Positions 1 through 7,189 of a stretch of DNA of 13,703 bases are shown here, in pieces (positions within the stretch are counted from its first letter, which is position 1; each line of letters starts with the position of its first letter). Origin of the DNA: Candidatus Diapherotrites archaeon CG10_big_fil_rev_8_21_14_0_10_31_34. Its GTDB lineage: Archaea; Iainarchaeota; Iainarchaeia; Iainarchaeales; 1-14-0-10-31-34. The stretch spans positions 1 to 13,703 of the forward strand of contig PFAI01000045.1 in the NCBI GenBank assembly GCA_002763225.1, in the 5' to 3' direction. The position numbers and the translations under genes were made by a program. A model generated the notes under the pieces. That model had not been told where the DNA came from and searched no databases. It saw only the letters and a program-made list of their open reading frames with translations.

Positions 1-6
1 TAAAGG

Positions 7-60
7 ATCACCATAAGTAGGAGGCACAACCTCCTATTTATGCCTTTATAAATCATTTCT
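7..60 (-). promoter_or_regulatory. Probable promoter and RBS of a minus-strand gene starting at or just beyond the left edge, with a 31-bp palindrome between TATA and RBS
   Basis: Minus strand reads AGAAATGA (BRE-like), TTTATAAA (52..45), palindrome 42..12, then GGTGAT (12..7). Confidence 0.5.
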
Positions 61-87
61 ACAGAGCCTATTTTCTAAGGCAAAACT

Positions 88-118
88 AAAAATAAAAAAA
101 AGAGAGGCTTAAGCCTCT
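88..118 (-). terminator. Hairpin plus T-tract terminator of the thioredoxin-like gene
   Basis: Perfect palindrome AGAGGCTTAAGCCTCT (103-118) spans the stop codon and is followed on the minus strand by CTTTTTTTTATTTTT. Confidence 0.6.
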
Positions 119-708
119 TGTAATAATGTTTCAATTGCTGTCCGGAATTCTTTTGCTTCAGAAATTAAATCCTGTGTGCTTTCAAATCCATTGCCTATTC
201 TGGAGTATTTGCATCCAAACACAAAAGTTGGAATACTTCCTTTTGGATTGAATTCTTTGTATACTGCAAGTTCTGATTCAGGAACAACTGATTCAACTTG
301 TTCTGTAAGGGTATTGTCTCCAGTATCTAATTCCCAATGATATACAGTGATTTTTCCTGCATCAACATATTCTTTTACTGTTGAATCAAAAGTTTCTTTA
401 ATCCAAACACAATGAGGACACCAGGTAGTGGAAAACAATCTGATAACAGGTTTTCCGTTTTCTTTACAGATTTCCCCTTCTTTTAAAGTAAAAGTTTTTA
501 TTTCTCCAAGGTCTTTTGATTCACCCAAATTTAATTGAGTTTCAGTTTCTTTTACAGGCTCTGCATTAATTGTATTGTCCTGATTAGTTTGATCTTTTTC
601 ATTAGTTTTATTATTAGTTAAGCCGGCATTCTGCTGATTTAAGCATCCAACAAGCAACAAAAACAAAACTAAAACTGCTAAAATTAACTTTTTGATAATA
701 TCACCCAA
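109..708 (-). CDS. Thioredoxin-fold lipoprotein (DsbA-like CPHC thiol-disulfide oxidoreductase); true start may be ATC at 696
   Basis: KK plus hydrophobic stretch plus lipobox-like LLVGC; N/T/Q-rich linker; WCPHC active site; cis-Pro loop SIPTF. Confidence 0.85.
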   Translation of the reverse strand: MGDIIKKLILAVLVLFLLLVGCLNQQNAGLTNNKTNEKDQTNQDNTINAEPVKETETQLNLGESKDLGEIKTFTLKEGEICKENGKPVIRLFSTTWCPHCVWIKETFDSTVKEYVDAGKITVYHWELDTGDNTLTEQVESVVPESELAVYKEFNPKGSIPTFVFGCKYSRIGNGFESTQDLISEAKEFRTAIETLLQEA

Positions 709-859
709 ATAAAAGTGACGGCAAATCTATTAAAATAGAACTAAAACAAAACTAGTTATTTCAATAAAAATCCCATTTTTACCTCTAAGAATAGAAGGAT
801 TTAAATACAGTTTAATGCTTATTCTAAAAGATAATTTTAATTTTTTAGGAGGAAATAAT

Positions 860-1015
860 ATGGTAGCAAAAAAACCTTTTGGCGGATATACAATCTCTTT
901 TAAAGGGAGAACAGAAACAGTAGAAAAAGTTTTTGGTTCAGGAAAAATCACTCCAAGTGAAATGACCAAAAAAATTTGGCAATATATCAAAGCAAATAAA
1001 TTATCATCCAAATAA
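860..1015 (+). CDS. Small basic SWIB/MDM2-like protein (51 aa, N-terminal half of the domain)
   Basis: AGGAGG RBS before ATG 860; TTTAAATA at 800-807; VFGSGKITPSEMTKKIWQYIKANKL resembles the SWIB motif G..i.r.evtkkiW.YIK.n.L. Confidence 0.7.
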   Translation: MVAKKPFGGYTISFKGRTETVEKVFGSGKITPSEMTKKIWQYIKANKLSSK

Positions 1016-1054
1016 ATAACTTTTTTAGAAAAAAGTTTAAACAAAATATTTTTT

Positions 1055-1086
1055 AAAGGGGCAATCCCTTTACTTTTTCTTTTTTA
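1055..1086 (+). terminator. Short hairpin plus T-rich tract after the SWIB-like gene
   Basis: AAAGGG-GCAAT-CCCTTT (1055-1071) followed by ACTTTTTCTTTTTT. Confidence 0.5.
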
Positions 1087-1159
1087 AACAAATTTAACCC
1101 AATCAAAACATTTAAAAAAACTAGTTTTAGGTAATTTTATTTCCTAGGGAGGAACTAAA

Positions 1160-1342
1160 ATGAAAAGTAAATGCCCTAAATGTGATGGAAGTATTAAGTT
1201 AGATCCTGAACTACATGAAGAAGGAGATTCAGTTGAATGCGAAGAATGCGGAACTGAATTATTTGTTGTAAGAAAAGGAAAAAAACTTAGTGTAGCAGAA
1301 ACATTTGAAGAAGATGAAGAAGAGCTTCAAGAATTTGCATGA
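1160..1342 (+). CDS. LysW-like zinc-ribbon protein with acidic tail (no EDWGE)
   Basis: GGGAGGA RBS; CPKC...GDSVECEECGTELFVV matches the LysW pattern CPxC...GE.v.C.dCG.eLeVv; acidic C-terminus EEDEEELQEFA. Confidence 0.7.
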   Translation: MKSKCPKCDGSIKLDPELHEEGDSVECEECGTELFVVRKGKKLSVAETFEEDEEELQEFA

Positions 1343-1674
1343 AGTTTAGTTTTTCTTTCTTCTCTGAATTCTTTTGTTTTATGGAAAATAACAGCTAATA
1401 AAGCCATTAATGCCCCAAAAGAAATTAACTTCAAAAAAAACACTAAATAGTCTGGCAATCCATCCAATATTTTAAATTGCACTAAATTTACTTCTGGATC
1501 CAAATAAAAGTAAATGCTTAAAGCAATTGCAACAGAAATAACAAACTCAATAAACAGCATTGCAAAAATTCTTACGTCAGCTTTTGCTTCAAAAAAATTA
1601 AATTTAAGTTTGTCTTTTCTTTTAACCATTAATTCTTTTTCTTTGATTACTTTTCCTTTAATTCTTTCTTTCAT
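1327..1674 (-). CDS. Hypothetical membrane protein (2 TM)
   Basis: 115-aa ORF with basic N-terminus and two hydrophobic segments; convergent 16-bp overlap with the LysW-like gene. Confidence 0.7.
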   Translation of the reverse strand: MKERIKGKVIKEKELMVKRKDKLKFNFFEAKADVRIFAMLFIEFVISVAIALSIYFYLDPEVNLVQFKILDGLPDYLVFFLKLISFGALMALLAVIFHKTKEFREERKTKLHANS

Positions 1675-1713
1675 GTAATAAAATACGTTTTAATTAAATA
1701 AAAAACTTTGGAA

Positions 1714-2283
1714 TTAAGAAAAAGAGTAAATAAAGGAGTTCATCAGAGTTAAAGCTGATACTTGATTAAAAGAAAAAAGGAAAATAAATGCAATCCATAA
1801 AAGCCTTAAAAAATAAAAATAATTAAATAAAAGCATTAAACCCAAAACAATAAATAAAGGAATAAAAACAAATGGAATTGAAACCAGCACAATCAGCCTG
1901 ATTAAAAGATTTCCTTTAACTAACCTGAAAGAATAAAAGTCTTTGAAAGAATTAAAAGTGTTTTTTGCATCCTGAAAAGAAGGAAAAGAATAATGCGCTA
2001 AACTAAAGCCTAACCATAAAAAAACAAAGCCTAAAGGGTTAGAGTTTTCTAATTGATTAAAAGAAGAAGTAAAAAAATAAAATGCAATCCAGTTTCCTAA
2101 AACAAATGGTGCAATAGTAATAATGACTGACCTTAAAGCATCAGGGTTTTCATGAATGACATAAGCTTCATTCAAGCCAAAAAATTTTACTTTCTTTACT
2201 TTTACTCCTGTAAGATAACATGCAATCATATGGCTGAACTCATGGAAAATCATTCCAGGAAAAAAAAGAATACTTGCTTTCAT
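1714..2283 (-). CDS. Membrane zinc metalloprotease (M50B/DUF3267-like)
   Basis: PGMIFHEFSH (HExxH), downstream IAPF and FPSFQD motifs, multiple TM segments. Confidence 0.75.
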   Translation of the reverse strand: MKASILFFPGMIFHEFSHMIACYLTGVKVKKVKFFGLNEAYVIHENPDALRSVIITIAPFVLGNWIAFYFFTSSFNQLENSNPLGFVFLWLGFSLAHYSFPSFQDAKNTFNSFKDFYSFRLVKGNLLIRLIVLVSIPFVFIPLFIVLGLMLLFNYFYFLRLLWIAFIFLFSFNQVSALTLMNSFIYSFS

Positions 2284-2338
2284 CAGAAAAGAAAGGCTGA
2301 ACTAAAATAAAAAGATAACCCCGGAAAATAAAGGCTTT

Positions 2339-2503
2339 TTATCTGAACAAATGGAAAACAGCAAAAGAGAAAAGCAAAACCATTACTCCTGTCTGAACAA
2401 AAGCAATTTCATTTAATCTATACCAGTCAATCATTCCTGTAGTAGAAAAAAACGCTGTCATAGCAAAAACCAATAAAATACTTCCAAAAACCCTTGAAGT
2501 CAT
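2339..2503 (-). CDS. Unannotated 54-aa two-TM membrane protein
   Basis: Hand translation MTSRVFGSILLVFAMTAFFSTTGMIDWYRLNEIAFVQTGVMVLLFSFAVFHLFR*; AGTGGT-TAA-ATG RBS spacing; fills an otherwise empty gap. Confidence 0.65.
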   Translation of the reverse strand: MTSRVFGSILLVFAMTAFFSTTGMIDWYRLNEIAFVQTGVMVLLFSFAVFHLFR

Positions 2504-2595
2504 TTAACCACTTTCCAGTAAAAACAAACTATTATCTGTTTAGATGTTTTTATAATTTTTTCCTATTTTTAAATACTGTGTTGGAGGGACAAAAA

Positions 2596-3963
2596 ATGAA
2601 TATTTTACCTAATTTTAAGATTAAATCAGTTGAAGAAACTAAATTGATTTCAAAAGAAGAAAGAATTAAAGCAATTGAAAAAGCAGGATTAAATGTTTTT
2701 CTGCTTAAATCAAGTGAAATATTTATTGACTTGTTGACTGATTCAGGAACAAATGCAATGAGCCAAGAGCAATGGAGTGCAATAATAAAAGCAGATGAAA
2801 GCTATGCAGGAGCAAAAAGCTTTGAACATTTTAATGATTCAGTTAAAGAAGTAACTGGCTTTGATTTTGTTTTGCCAGTGCATCAGGGAAGGGCAGCAGA
2901 ACATATTTTGGATTCAGTTCTGATAAAACAAGGAAATGTAATTCCAGGAAATATTCATTTTGATACAACTATGGCGCATATTGAACACCAAAAAGGAATT
3001 GGAATTAATTGTGTTATAAAAGAAGCATGGAACTGCGAAAAAGAAATTGATTTCAAGGGAAACATTGATTTAAAAAAATTAGAGGAAGTGCTGGAAAAAA
3101 ATAAAGGGAATATTGGTTATGTTTTGACTACAGTCACATGCAATTCTGGCGGAGGCCAACCTGTTTCAATACAGAATATAAAAGAAACAAGCGAGTTATG
3201 CAAAAAACATAAAGTGCTGTTTTTCTTGGATGCAGCAAGATATGCAGAAAACTGTTTTTTTATTAAACAAAGAGAAAAAGGTTTTGAAAAAAAATCAATT
3301 CAAGAAATTGCAAGAGAAATGTTTTCTTTTGTTGATGGAATTACAATGAGCGCAAAAAAAGATGCAATAGTTAATATTGGAGGATTACTTGCTTTCAGAG
3401 AAAAAAAATTATATGAAAAATGTATTCCTTTCTGCATTTTATTTGAAGGATTTCCAACTTATGGGGGATTATCAGGAAGAGATTTAGAAGCAATTGCTGT
3501 TGGATTAAAAGAAGGAATACAAGAAGAATATTTGAAGTATAGAATTGGCCAAGTAAAATATTTAGGAGATGAATTAGAAAAAGCAGGGATTCCAATAATG
3601 AAACCAATTGGAGGTCATGCAGTTTTTGTTAATGGAAAAAAGTTTTTAGAGCATATTCCACAAGAACAATTTCCTTCTCATACTTTGTGTGTTGAATTGT
3701 ATATTGAAGCAGGAATTCGCGCAGTTGAAATCGGAACTCTTTTAGCAGGAAGAAATCCTGAAACAGGAAAAGATGTAATGCCTGAACTCGATTTAATGAG
3801 GTTAACTATTCCAAGAAGAGTTTACATGAAAGAACATATGGATTATATTGTTAAAGCAATGAAAGAATTAAAAGAAAGAAAAGACAAAATAAAAGGACTA
3901 AAATTTGAGTTTGAAAGCCCTATTTTAAGGCATTTTCAGTCAACTTTTGAAAGAGTTAAATAA
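2596..3963 (+). CDS. tnaA: Tryptophanase (PLP-dependent beta-eliminating lyase)
   Basis: DLLTDSGT, HQGRAAE, HFDTT, GGQPVS, MSAKKD (PLP lysine), EGFPTYGGL, RLTIPRRVY. SAKKD and LRHF fit tryptophanase rather than tyrosine phenol-lyase (SGKKD, LRFF). GGAGGG RBS supports ATG 2596. Confidence 0.9.
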   Translation: MNILPNFKIKSVEETKLISKEERIKAIEKAGLNVFLLKSSEIFIDLLTDSGTNAMSQEQWSAIIKADESYAGAKSFEHFNDSVKEVTGFDFVLPVHQGRAAEHILDSVLIKQGNVIPGNIHFDTTMAHIEHQKGIGINCVIKEAWNCEKEIDFKGNIDLKKLEEVLEKNKGNIGYVLTTVTCNSGGGQPVSIQNIKETSELCKKHKVLFFLDAARYAENCFFIKQREKGFEKKSIQEIAREMFSFVDGITMSAKKDAIVNIGGLLAFREKKLYEKCIPFCILFEGFPTYGGLSGRDLEAIAVGLKEGIQEEYLKYRIGQVKYLGDELEKAGIPIMKPIGGHAVFVNGKKFLEHIPQEQFPSHTLCVELYIEAGIRAVEIGTLLAGRNPETGKDVMPELDLMRLTIPRRVYMKEHMDYIVKAMKELKERKDKIKGLKFEFESPILRHFQSTFERVK

Positions 3964-4506
3964 TCAGTCTTCCAAAAACAAACCCATTTCTTCATCTAAT
4001 TCTTTGGCTGTTTGCTCCATTTTTTTAAACACTAAATCAATTTCATCCTGAAGCTCTTTAATCATTCTAAACATTGACTTGCTTCTGGCCAAATACTTGC
4101 TTCCGTCTTTGATTACAAGCCTTGACCTGACAAGATTATTTAAATGATTAATTACTGCCCCTCTGCTCATATTAACTCTTTCAGCTATTTCAGTTGAAGT
4201 TAATGATTTCCCTTGTTCAGTGGATTTAACTAGTTCTCTAAACGCCAAAGCAGCTGTTTTACCCTTATCAATAGGCTCAAAAAAGCCTAAACACTGTAAC
4301 AACCAGTTAAATTCTTCGTCTGAATGCCTTGAAAAAGGCTGTTCAACTCTTCTGATTACAACCTGAAACCTGTGCTTAGAAGAAGACATATTAATTGGTT
4401 TTCTATGAATTAATTGAAATCTATGATTAAACCCTAAAAGAATTGGCTGCTGCTTTTTTTGTTCTTCTTGTTCTTTCTGCTCTTGTTCATCCTGTTCTTC
4501 TTGCAT
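3964..4506 (-). CDS. Winged-helix (ArsR/TrmB-like) transcriptional regulator with Q/E-rich N-terminus
   Basis: LTSTEIAERVNMSRGAVINHLNNLVRSRLV HTH plus wing; C-terminal coiled coil; TTTAAA about 25 nt upstream of ATG (leaderless-type). Confidence 0.85.
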   Translation of the reverse strand: MQEEQDEQEQKEQEEQKKQQPILLGFNHRFQLIHRKPINMSSSKHRFQVVIRRVEQPFSRHSDEEFNWLLQCLGFFEPIDKGKTAALAFRELVKSTEQGKSLTSTEIAERVNMSRGAVINHLNNLVRSRLVIKDGSKYLARSKSMFRMIKELQDEIDLVFKKMEQTAKELDEEMGLFLED

Positions 4507-4528
4507 GAAAAAAGAGTATTACAAAACA

Positions 4529-4580
4529 TTTAAAAAGATTTTGATTAAAGAGTTTAGTCAGCGTTGAAACTTTTTAAACA
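4529..4580. promoter_or_regulatory. Divergent promoter region with candidate operator inverted repeat
   Basis: TTTAAA at 4529-4534; TGATTAAAGAGTTT-N11-AAACTTTTTAAACA (4542-4580), 12 of 14 positions complementary. Confidence 0.5.
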
Positions 4581-4589
4581 GGGATTAAT

Positions 4590-5123
4590 TTGATTGGACA
4601 TAAAAAAGATGAAAAAAAAGAATTTAAAGACGAAAAAAGCATTAACGAGTCATTAGAAGAAAAAATTAAAGACCCTAAAGAAGAGAAAATCGAGGAATTA
4701 ACTGATTTGGTTAAAAGAGTTCAAGCTGAATTTGAAAATTTCAAGAAAAGAGAGGAAAATCAAAGAAAAGTTTTTGTTGAATTCAGTAATGCAGAATTAA
4801 TCAGAGGTTTATTAGCTGTACTGGATTCAATTGATTCGGCAAAAAAAAATGGAAATGAAAATGAACTAAAAGGAATTAAGTTAATTGAAAAGCAATTAAT
4901 TGGAGTTCTTGAAAATTATGGTTTAAGAGAAATTAAGTCTTTAGGAAAAAAATTTAACCCAGAGTTTCATGAATGCTTGATGAAAGAAAACAATCCAGAA
5001 AAAGAAGATGAAATAATCTTAGAAGAACTGCAAAAAGGTTTTATGTTAAAAGACAGAGTTTTAAGGCACTCTAAAGTGAAAATTAATTCAATTGAAAAAA
5101 AAGAGAGTGAAAAAAATGAATGA
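4590..5123 (+). CDS. grpE: Nucleotide exchange factor GrpE
   Basis: RVQAEFENFKKR, FNPEFHE, LQKGFMLKDRVLRHSKVKI; TTG start; upstream of dnaK. Confidence 0.95.
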   Translation: MIGHKKDEKKEFKDEKSINESLEEKIKDPKEEKIEELTDLVKRVQAEFENFKKREENQRKVFVEFSNAELIRGLLAVLDSIDSAKKNGNENELKGIKLIEKQLIGVLENYGLREIKSLGKKFNPEFHECLMKENNPEKEDEIILEELQKGFMLKDRVLRHSKVKINSIEKKESEKNE

Positions 5124-5250
5124 ATTAAATGGAGAGGAATTTGATCCAGAAGATTTTGACGAAGAATTTCCTGAAGAAATTCCTGATAAAGCAAAACCAA
5201 AAATAAGTGAAGAAGAAAAAAAATTAAGACAGCAAATTTATGCTAATTAA
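5116..5250 (+). CDS. Unannotated 44-aa acidic protein between grpE and dnaK
   Basis: MNELNGEEFDPEDFDEEFPEEIPDKAKPKISEEEKKLRQQIYAN*; GAGTGA RBS; ATG overlaps the grpE end by 8 nt; GAA/AAA-rich codons like neighbouring genes. Confidence 0.7.
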   Translation: MNELNGEEFDPEDFDEEFPEEIPDKAKPKISEEEKKLRQQIYAN

Positions 5251-5293
5251 AATGGAGGAAAAAAATTTTATTAATTAATTTAAAGGTGGTAAT

Positions 5294-7180
5294 ATGGGTA
5301 AAGTGATTGGAATTGATTTAGGCACTTCAAACAGTGCAGCAGCAGTATTAGAAGGAGGAAAACCAAAAATAATTCCTTCAGCTGAAGGAGCAAGCCTTTA
5401 CGGCAAAGCATTTCCTTCTGTGGTTGCATTTACAAAAGACGGACAAATGTTGGTTGGAGAACCGGCAAAAAGGCAGTCAATAAGCAATCCGGATGGAACA
5501 ATTACTGGTGCAAAAAGAAAAATGGGAACAGACTTTAAATTCAAAGCACAAGGAAAAGAATATACTCCCCAGCAGATTTCGGCTTTTATTTTACAAAAAA
5601 TAAAAAAAGATGCAGAAAGCTTTTTAGGAGAAAAAGTAGAAAAAGCAGTTATTACTGTTCCGGCTTATTTTGATGACAATCAAAGACAGGCAACAAAAGA
5701 TGCAGGAAAAATTGCCGGATTAGAAGTAATCAGAATTGTAAATGAACCAACTTCAGCTTCATTAGCTTATGGATTAGACAAAAAAGGAAAAGACCAAAAA
5801 ATTCTTGTATTTGATTTCGGAGGCGGAACACTTGATGTTACAGTAATGGATTTCGGAGAAGGCGTATTTGAAGTAAAATCCACTTCAGGAGACACTCAAT
5901 TAGGCGGAAGAGACATGGATGAAACAATCCAAAAATATATTATTTCTGAATTCAAGAAAAGTGATGGAGTAGATTTAACCAAAGACAGAATGGCTTTGCA
6001 GAGATTAAATGAAGCAGCAGAAAAAGCAAAAATTGAGTTAAGCAATGTAATTGAAACAGAAATTAATCTTCCGTATATTACTGCAACACAAGAAGGACCA
6101 AAACATTTGGTAATGAAATTAAACAGAGCAAAATTAGAGGAATTAATTAAACCAATAATAGAAAAATGTGAGAAACCAGTTAACCAGGCTTTAGTTGATG
6201 CAAAATTAACTCCTGCAGGAATAGATAAAGTGATTATGGTCGGAGGACCAACAAGAATGCCAATAGTGCAAAAATTTGTTGAAAAAATTGTCGGCAAAAA
6301 AGTTGAAAGCGGAGTTGACCCAATGGAATGCGTTGCAATGGGAGCAGCAATTCAGGCAGGAGTTTTATCAGGAGAAGTAAAAGATATTTTGTTATTGGAT
6401 GTAACTCCTTTAAGTTTAGGAATAGAAACTTTAGGAAGTGTTTTTACTAAACAAATTGAAAGAAACACAACAATTCCAACAAAAAAATCCCAGATTTTTT
6501 CCACTGCGGCAGACAATCAAACAGCAGTAGACATTCATGTTTTGCAGGGAGAAAGGCCAATGGCTTCAGACAACAAGACTTTAGGAAGATTCCAGTTAAT
6601 CGGAATTCCTCCTGCGCCCAGAGGAATACCGCAAATTGAAGTGACTTTTGACATTGATGCAAACGGAATAGTTCATGTAACTGCAAAAGACTTGGGAACA
6701 GGAAAAAGCCAGAAAATTTCTATTGTTGCTTCAGAAAAACTAAAAGAAGAAGAAATTGAAAAAATGAAAAAAGAAGCAGAACAGTTTGCAGAACAAGATA
6801 AAAAGAAAAGAGAAGAAATAGACACAATCAATCAGGCAGATGCAATAGTATACCAGACAGAAAAAACTTTGAAAGACATGGAAGGAAAAGTTGATTCAGC
6901 AAAGCTTCAGGGAATAAAAGACAAAACAGCTGAATTAAAGAAGTTAATGGAACCAAAAGAAAAAGATGTTACAGCAATTAAAACAAAATTAGATGAAGTA
7001 AATAAATTGTTTCAGGAAGCTTCAACTGAATTATACCAGAAAGCATCTCAGGCACAACAACAAACCCAGCAAGAACAGCAGGCAGGAAAAGAAAAAAAAG
7101 AATCAAAAAAAGGAGAAAAAGTAGTTGACGCAGACTATAAAGTTGAAGACGAAAAAGAGGAAAAGAAAAAAAAGAAATAG
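5294..7180 (+). CDS. dnaK: Chaperone DnaK (Hsp70)
   Basis: [28 protein letters not shown], linker [26 protein letters not shown]. Confidence 0.99.
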   Translation: MGKVIGIDLGTSNSAAAVLEGGKPKIIPSAEGASLYGKAFPSVVAFTKDGQMLVGEPAKRQSISNPDGTITGAKRKMGTDFKFKAQGKEYTPQQISAFILQKIKKDAESFLGEKVEKAVITVPAYFDDNQRQATKDAGKIAGLEVIRIVNEPTSASLAYGLDKKGKDQKILVFDFGGGTLDVTVMDFGEGVFEVKSTSGDTQLGGRDMDETIQKYIISEFKKSDGVDLTKDRMALQRLNEAAEKAKIELSNVIETEINLPYITATQEGPKHLVMKLNRAKLEELIKPIIEKCEKPVNQALVDAKLTPAGIDKVIMVGGPTRMPIVQKFVEKIVGKKVESGVDPMECVAMGAAIQAGVLSGEVKDILLLDVTPLSLGIETLGSVFTKQIERNTTIPTKKSQIFSTAADNQTAVDIHVLQGERPMASDNKTLGRFQLIGIPPAPRGIPQIEVTFDIDANGIVHVTAKDLGTGKSQKISIVASEKLKEEEIEKMKKEAEQFAEQDKKKREEIDTINQADAIVYQTEKTLKDMEGKVDSAKLQGIKDKTAELKKLMEPKEKDVTAIKTKLDEVNKLFQEASTELYQKASQAQQQTQQEQQAGKEKKESKKGEKVVDADYKVEDEKEEKKKKK

Positions 7181-7189
7181 AAAATTAAG

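Noticed and set aside
5..12. GGATCACC resembling the 16S rRNA 3' end
   Set aside because: Not followed by TCCT nor preceded by rRNA context; better read as a minus-strand RBS.
815..859. Longer N-terminus for the SWIB-like ORF
   Set aside because: Contains the AGGAGG RBS that points to ATG 860.
730..1044. 104-aa minus-strand ORF
   Set aside because: Antisense shadow of the SWIB-like gene.
2494..2595. 34-aa N-terminal extension of tnaA, or a tnaC-like leader
   Set aside because: Overlaps the divergent 54-aa gene and promoter region; RBS precedes ATG 2596; no Trp-containing leader ORF seen.
3395..3607. 70-aa minus-strand ORF
   Set aside because: Shadow of tnaA.
4507..4589. CIRCE element
   Set aside because: No TTAGCACTC-N9-GAGTGCTAA match.
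4967..5200. 77-aa minus-strand ORF
   Set aside because: Shadow of grpE and the 44-aa ORF.
5252..5278. 8-codon ORF MEEKNFIN before dnaK
   Set aside because: Too short and lacks its own RBS.
5896..6686. Two minus-strand ORFs within dnaK
   Set aside because: Antisense shadows, which are common in Hsp70 genes.
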